Below are positions 34,262 through 38,733 of a stretch of DNA of 38,733 bases, piece after piece; the first letter of the stretch is position 1, and the number at the start of each line of letters is the position of its first letter. This stretch comes from Candidatus Woesearchaeota archaeon (lineage in GTDB: Archaea; Nanobdellota; Nanobdellia; Woesearchaeales; UBA12501). The translations under genes were made by a program, and so were the position numbers. The stretch is from contig JACOVM010000072.1 in the NCBI GenBank assembly GCA_016177345.1, forward strand, positions 1 to 38,733. Reading direction: 5' to 3'. The notes under the pieces were generated by a model. It had not been told where the DNA came from. It saw only the letters and a program-made list of their open reading frames with translations, and searched no databases.

Positions 34262-34765
34262 TCATTGTGTTAATATCTTGTCAAGCATGTCAAGCCTGCT
34301 TTCTTTTTCCTTGAATTCCTTGACTCGCTCGCGCAGCTCGTTCTTGAGTTTGGCAATGTCCTTCCAGTTTTCTACTTCTTCTTCGATCATAAACCGCTCA
34401 AGCTCGATCTGCTTTGTTTTAAGGTTGAGAAGGTCGTGCTTGAGTGATGCATCGTCGTTGCTGGTTGCGCTGAGCTGCAGCTCAAGATTATTGAACGTGT
34501 TTAGCATCTTCTCAATTTTTTTTGAGATTTGAGAGGTGAGATCATCTCTTTTTTTGATGAGGTCTTCAATGTCCTCAATGACGCCTTTGATGGAATCAAC
34601 TTTTACGGTCTTGAGTGATTGAAACACGTCATCTTTCAGCTCGTCTTTTGAAGAATAAGAAGAACGCTTCGTGGATGCGAAAGAAGATTCTACTGTCTGA
34701 TAAACTTTTCTATGGTCCTTCCCCAATAAGTCAAGGACTTCCAACTCTGGAATTCTTTCTGTCAT
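34262..34765 (-). CDS. coiled-coil protein upstream of the HerA-like ATPase
   Basis: 167-aa ORF with long heptad-like K/E/L/D-rich stretches. It is on the same strand, with an 82-nt gap to the ATPase gene. Confidence 0.65.
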   Translation of the reverse strand: MTERIPELEVLDLLGKDHRKVYQTVESSFASTKRSSYSSKDELKDDVFQSLKTVKVDSIKGVIEDIEDLIKKRDDLTSQISKKIEKMLNTFNNLELQLSATSNDDASLKHDLLNLKTKQIELERFMIEEEVENWKDIAKLKNELRERVKEFKEKESRLDMLDKILTQ

Positions 34766-35268
34766 TTCAGCTTAAGCAAACACTATGCGCACAGCATTTC
34801 CTGAATAGGCTAGTCGAGTTTTGAACTCCTTTATAAACATTGTGTTTTTTTGGCTGGCCCCGATAGGCTATTTCTCGACGAGAGTCTTGTTTTGGGACAG
34901 GCATACCAACAACATTCTAGAGCTGCTTTGGCTGTGGTATTTTTTGTCCAATAGTTCTAAAAATGAGATAAACATCCCTTTAAGTCAGGGGTTAGGGTGT
35001 GGGTTAAGGTGTTGCGTTCAGAAATACTAAGGAGGTACGACTCCAAATTCTGGAGCTCAACCCTGGCTAACTTGTCTTTGTCTCAGACTGATCCTGAGAC
35101 ATTGGTGATGCTATAATAGTGATGCCATAACGTTGATCTCTTTTTTCCCGTTATTTTCAGTCACGATCTTCTATGTCTCTTATAAGATTTCTATGGACGT
35201 CTAATCTCCATCAAAATCAACAACTTTAAATATCACATCTGTGCATCAGGCGGCAAGAATAACCGGAG

Positions 35269-35586
35269 GTGTTTCCTATTGTAACTTGCAATTCTTGTGA
35301 TGCTGAAGCAACAGGGTCAGACCTGTTCTGCAGGCAGTGCGGCGAAGAAATAGAGCACGATACTGATGTCGTCCAGTGTGACTGCAGCGCTGTTGTTGGA
35401 GAAAAAGACAATTATTGCCACGCCTGCGGCGCCGAGTTTAGCGGCACTGTTGAAGATGGCGGCGAAGATAGTGAAGATGATGAAGATTCAGACAATTCTG
35501 ACCATCAAGAGGACGATGGCGATGACGACGAAGATGATGGTGACGATAACGATGACACAGAGGAGGAGACGGAGGAGGAAGCTTAA
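35269..35586 (+). CDS. double zinc-ribbon protein with a poly-acidic tail
   Basis: CNSC...CRQC and CDC...CHAC Cys pairs are followed by about 45 residues of D/E. A TATA-like CTTTAAATA lies about 40 nt upstream. The GTG start is uncertain. Confidence 0.6.
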   Translation: MFPIVTCNSCDAEATGSDLFCRQCGEEIEHDTDVVQCDCSAVVGEKDNYCHACGAEFSGTVEDGGEDSEDDEDSDNSDHQEDDGDDDEDDGDDNDDTEEETEEEA

Positions 35587-35744
35587 GGCTTTCTCTCTTT
35601 CTTTTCTTCTTTTATGATCCTTCCATGATCATTGGCTGTACTGCCTTTCTATTTTTTATTTTTTCGATTTTTGACGTGTCAATCATCTCTCGCCATATTA
35701 ACGACATTAGAACAACATTACAGCAAACCTGTAGAATATGTTTT

Positions 35745-37073
35745 TCAGATTATGGGCTTACGACACCTGGCGTTTATGTTTATCTCAGGGCATAGGGCCT
35801 CAATTGCCCTCAGGTCGTACGTTGTGGTTTCCTGAACTTTTACCGATATAGTATCTCCAATATGGTAATCGCCGTGGACAATAATTGGCTTGTACGCATC
35901 ATTCCTGCCGACAAAGGAGCCGTTCTTTCCACGTTCATCAATAATGATGTTGCCTTCCCATTTGATCCATCCGTTATTCTGTTGGCGTGCAATGCTGTTG
36001 AATAGTTCTGTTACGCATTTAGATCGTTCTTTAACGAGGGTGGGATCGAGTTGGGGCATCATGGCTGCAGCTGTTCCAGGCCTGTCCCAGAATCGTGAGA
36101 TGTTTAAGACAGATGGCCTAGTATCATGTATCAGTCTGAGACTGTCTTGAAACTCTTCGTCAGTCTCTGTTGGAAACCCGACAATAATGTCAGTTGCGAT
36201 CGTTATTGCTGGAATTTCTTGCCGGAATCGAGTCGCTATTGTTTTGTATTCTTCAGCCGTGTATTCTCTCTTCATCAATTGCAAGATTCTATTATTTCCA
36301 CTTTGAGCAGGGAGGTGGAGGAATTTGAACATTTTCTGGTGTTTCATGATGCTGACGAGCTCGTCTAAGAAGCCAAGGATATGGTTCGGGTTTCCCATAC
36401 CAAGCCTCACCTTAAAATCACCTGAGACTCTTATTACTTCCTGGAGGAGATCGGGAAGCCTCAGTCCAATATCCTTTCCCCATGCCCCGGTATCTTCAGA
36501 AGTTAGCCATACTTCTTTAACCCCTTCCTCAACTGCCCTTTTTATTTGTCGGATAATATCTTCTTTAGGGTAGGATCGGAGTCGTCCCCTGGAGTGAAGG
36601 GTTTTACAGTATGTACAGCTTCCAAGACAGCCTGAGTTGATTGGTACAATCTCAACAATAGGGTTCCTTCGTACCTTTGGCTTGTTCAATGGTGATTCTT
36701 CTGGATTTCGCTGAAGAAGATGGATGGTTTCTCCTTGCAGTGTTTTTTCAACAGCATAAGCGATCTTGTCGTATTGGGTGACTCCCACTATGCTGGTATT
36801 TTTGAGGACTTCAGTGAGCAGGCTTGGCTGCCCTTGTGGAACACAACCAGTGATGATAGTTGGTTTTTTAAGTTGTGTTGCAGCTGCATTCATTGCCGTG
36901 AACATTTTTGCTTCTGCCCCATTTTTGACCGTACAAGAGTTGATAATGACAAGATCTGCTTCTTGCGCAGAGAACGCTTCTTCATACCCTGCTTGGACAA
37001 GTAAACCCATCATTAATTCAGAATCTGCTTGGTTATGGGTGCAGCCAAAGGTTTGGATAAAGATTCTTTCCAT
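35745..37073 (-). CDS. MiaB-like tRNA-modifying radical-SAM methylthiotransferase, archaeal/eukaryotic (CDKAL1/MtaB) type
   Basis: N-terminal MTTase motif FGCTHNQADSE, radical-SAM motif CLGSCTYC, and a C-terminal TRAM-like segment. Confidence 0.9.
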   Translation of the reverse strand: MERIFIQTFGCTHNQADSELMMGLLVQAGYEEAFSAQEADLVIINSCTVKNGAEAKMFTAMNAAATQLKKPTIITGCVPQGQPSLLTEVLKNTSIVGVTQYDKIAYAVEKTLQGETIHLLQRNPEESPLNKPKVRRNPIVEIVPINSGCLGSCTYCKTLHSRGRLRSYPKEDIIRQIKRAVEEGVKEVWLTSEDTGAWGKDIGLRLPDLLQEVIRVSGDFKVRLGMGNPNHILGFLDELVSIMKHQKMFKFLHLPAQSGNNRILQLMKREYTAEEYKTIATRFRQEIPAITIATDIIVGFPTETDEEFQDSLRLIHDTRPSVLNISRFWDRPGTAAAMMPQLDPTLVKERSKCVTELFNSIARQQNNGWIKWEGNIIIDERGKNGSFVGRNDAYKPIIVHGDYHIGDTISVKVQETTTYDLRAIEALCPEININARCRKPII

Positions 37074-37250
37074 ATCATCTTGGAACGTTGTATTATTTTT
37101 ATATCTTCTCTTCCCATCCTCTTTTGGTTATTCATTCTCCTCTTGTATTGTTTCCACCAGCACAATCTTTAAATAGTCGAAACCATACTTGGATAGCTTA
37201 TTCGTCCTTATACCGAATATACGCTATAAGGAACAAACGAGGTGTGCAGC

Positions 37251-37469
37251 ATGCCAAAATACGTTGTTGATAGAAAAGAAGGATTGATGAAGAGCGGTAG
37301 GGAATACAAGGTAAAGGAAGTGGATGCGAAGGCTTCTGCCGCTAATCCCTTTATGGGTGCCGGTGGAGAAGGACTTCGACTCGTGACCGACTTGGACTTA
37401 TCGCGAGGCCATCTGTTTAGTGGAAGTATTGGCAAAGATGGTAAAGTAAAGTACGTCAAAAAAGCATAA
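37251..37469 (+). CDS. small conserved-looking hypothetical protein (72 aa)
   Basis: MPKYVVDRKEGLMKSGREYKVKEV.... A TATA-like TATACGCTATAAGG lies about 20-30 nt upstream of ATG 37251. The ORF-track start at 37242 is GTG. Confidence 0.5.
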   Translation: MPKYVVDRKEGLMKSGREYKVKEVDAKASAANPFMGAGGEGLRLVTDLDLSRGHLFSGSIGKDGKVKYVKKA

Positions 37470-37567
37470 TTCTTTTATCCTTTTTTTTGTTCTTTTCTGT
37501 TTTCTCTTTTTATCTTTTCTTTACCTTTCCTTTATTTTACCTTCACTTTATAATGCATATCCTCAAT

Positions 37568-38641
37568 TTAATACCCAGTTATCCAGAGTAGGGCGAGAAA
37601 GATTCCATAAAGAAGCAACAGCAGCCAACCCTCTATTTTTCTTGCTTTTCGTTCACTTCTCAAAAACCATAAGAGAAGAATGCTTAGCAGAATCATGTAT
37701 GGGACAGTAAACGTAATGCTGCCGGGTGGAATTTTAACAGGAGAAATAACTGCGCTGATGCCGAGCACTAAGAAGATATTGGTGATGTTGCTTCCAATAA
37801 TATTTCCTAAAAAAATATCAGTGGCCCCTTTTCGTATCGCGCTGATCGATACCCCTAGTTCAGGAAGGGAGGTGCCGATTGCAACGCCGGTGATGGCAAT
37901 AATTGTTTTGCTGACCTGAAAGCTTTCGGCAATGCCTATCAATCCCTTGAGGAGCAGTTTTGCGCCAACAATAACCCCGATAAACGTAAGCAAGAGAGTA
38001 GCCACATCCCAGATTATCTTTTTGTTTTTAACAAAAAATGTGGTATTAGGGCTGGTGCCGCGCCTTAACAGGCTTCGAAGTCCGCCATGAATTTTTTTAA
38101 CGTATTGGAACCTGAAGAAATAATGGAGAAAGTGCTTAAAACTTGCTATTTGCCCTGCCTTCAGATTATCAATAAGAAAGTAGAGGTATGCAACAAAGAG
38201 GCAAAGAAGGATAATCCCCTCAATTCTTAGAACGTACGTCATCTCGCTTAGGGATGGGATGATGCTTTTAGCCATAAACAGGTAAGCAAGAAAGCAGGAA
38301 AAGAGCATGATGAACCCGTCACGTTCCAAGAACGGCTTCTTCATGAGTATCTTTCCGCTAAGAATTCCAAGGCCGGTAATAAGCCCTATATTTGCAATAT
38401 TACTCCCGATGGTTGTTCCAATAACGACGTCGCCCATGCTGCTGGCGCTGGTTTGGAGGGAGGCAAAAATACTAGTGGCAAGTTCTGGGAGGTTTGTTCC
38501 TATTCCGACAATGGTCAGCCCGATAAAGAAATCAGATACGCCAAAGATGGCGGCAATCTTTGCCGAATACTCCACGAACCAGTCAGAGCTTTTCACAAGA
38601 AGAATCAGCCCGGTCAGGAAAAACACTAATGCTTCAATCAT
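37568..38641 (-). CDS. CaCA-family Na+/Ca2+ (cation/Ca2+) exchanger, YrbG-like
   Basis: Two alpha-repeat signatures (GTNLPELATSI and GTSLPELGVSI) and GSNIANIGLITGL / GSNITNIFLVLGI. The protein is polytopic and hydrophobic throughout. Confidence 0.9.
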   Translation of the reverse strand: MIEALVFFLTGLILLVKSSDWFVEYSAKIAAIFGVSDFFIGLTIVGIGTNLPELATSIFASLQTSASSMGDVVIGTTIGSNIANIGLITGLGILSGKILMKKPFLERDGFIMLFSCFLAYLFMAKSIIPSLSEMTYVLRIEGIILLCLFVAYLYFLIDNLKAGQIASFKHFLHYFFRFQYVKKIHGGLRSLLRRGTSPNTTFFVKNKKIIWDVATLLLTFIGVIVGAKLLLKGLIGIAESFQVSKTIIAITGVAIGTSLPELGVSISAIRKGATDIFLGNIIGSNITNIFLVLGISAVISPVKIPPGSITFTVPYMILLSILLLWFLRSERKARKIEGWLLLLLYGIFLALLWITGY

Positions 38642-38733
38642 AGTCTACCTTTTTTGGCATATCGGGCACATCATGTCTCGGCGAGAATATATCCTTATTA
38701 TCCTTATCAGAATATATCTCATAAATATATCAA

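Noticed and set aside
1-38733. Looked for tRNA (T-arm GGTTCRANYC), rRNA, CRISPR repeat-spacer periodicity, IS terminal inverted repeats with a transposase, and integrase or reverse-transcriptase motifs.
   Set aside because: None was recognised by eye. A tRNAscan, Infernal or CRISPR-finder run is needed to confirm their absence.

Overview
This is a gene-dense, moderately AT-rich 38.7-kb window that reads as archaeal. It has a Pth2-type peptidyl-tRNA hydrolase and an archaeal/eukaryotic-type (CDKAL1/MtaB-like) radical-SAM methylthiotransferase. Many start codons have a TATA-like box about 23-30 nt upstream, which is the leaderless style. Numerous orphan secreted or membrane proteins and small toxin-antitoxin (TA) cassettes suggest a small-genome (DPANN-like) archaeon, but that is inference. 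I support about 40 CDS. Housekeeping-type genes: Pth2, the methylthiotransferase, a CaCA Na+/Ca2+ exchanger and a SAM methyltransferase. Accessory genes: two DUF4258/DUF2283 cassettes, a RelE-like pair, a PIN-like protein, a HerA/FtsK-like ATPase, and a co-transcribed pair of an HSP90-like GHKL ATPase and a transglutaminase-like membrane protein. There are also a beta-lactamase/PBP-like serine hydrolase, an HExxH protease, two sets of paralogous orphan proteins, and Cys-rich secreted proteins. I recognised no rRNA, tRNA, CRISPR array, integrase, transposase or reverse transcriptase. The outstanding anomaly is a compositionally foreign segment of about 3.9 kb (about 28.3-32.25 kb) sitting between host-like minus-strand genes. 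It holds a 481-aa ORF with almost all codons ending in G/C and no motif I can place. Two homologous long hairpins bracket that ORF. A CTAGCTAGCTAG six-frame stop block and a 17+9 bp hairpin follow it, and then come about 1.4 kb of non-coding sequence made of back-to-back hairpins. The non-Watson-Crick pairs in those hairpins indicate a minus-strand RNA. I cannot classify this element, which could be an integrated mobile or satellite element, a large structured RNA locus, or an artefact or engineered insert. All coordinates and pairings were derived by hand, and no database search or folding computation was possible.
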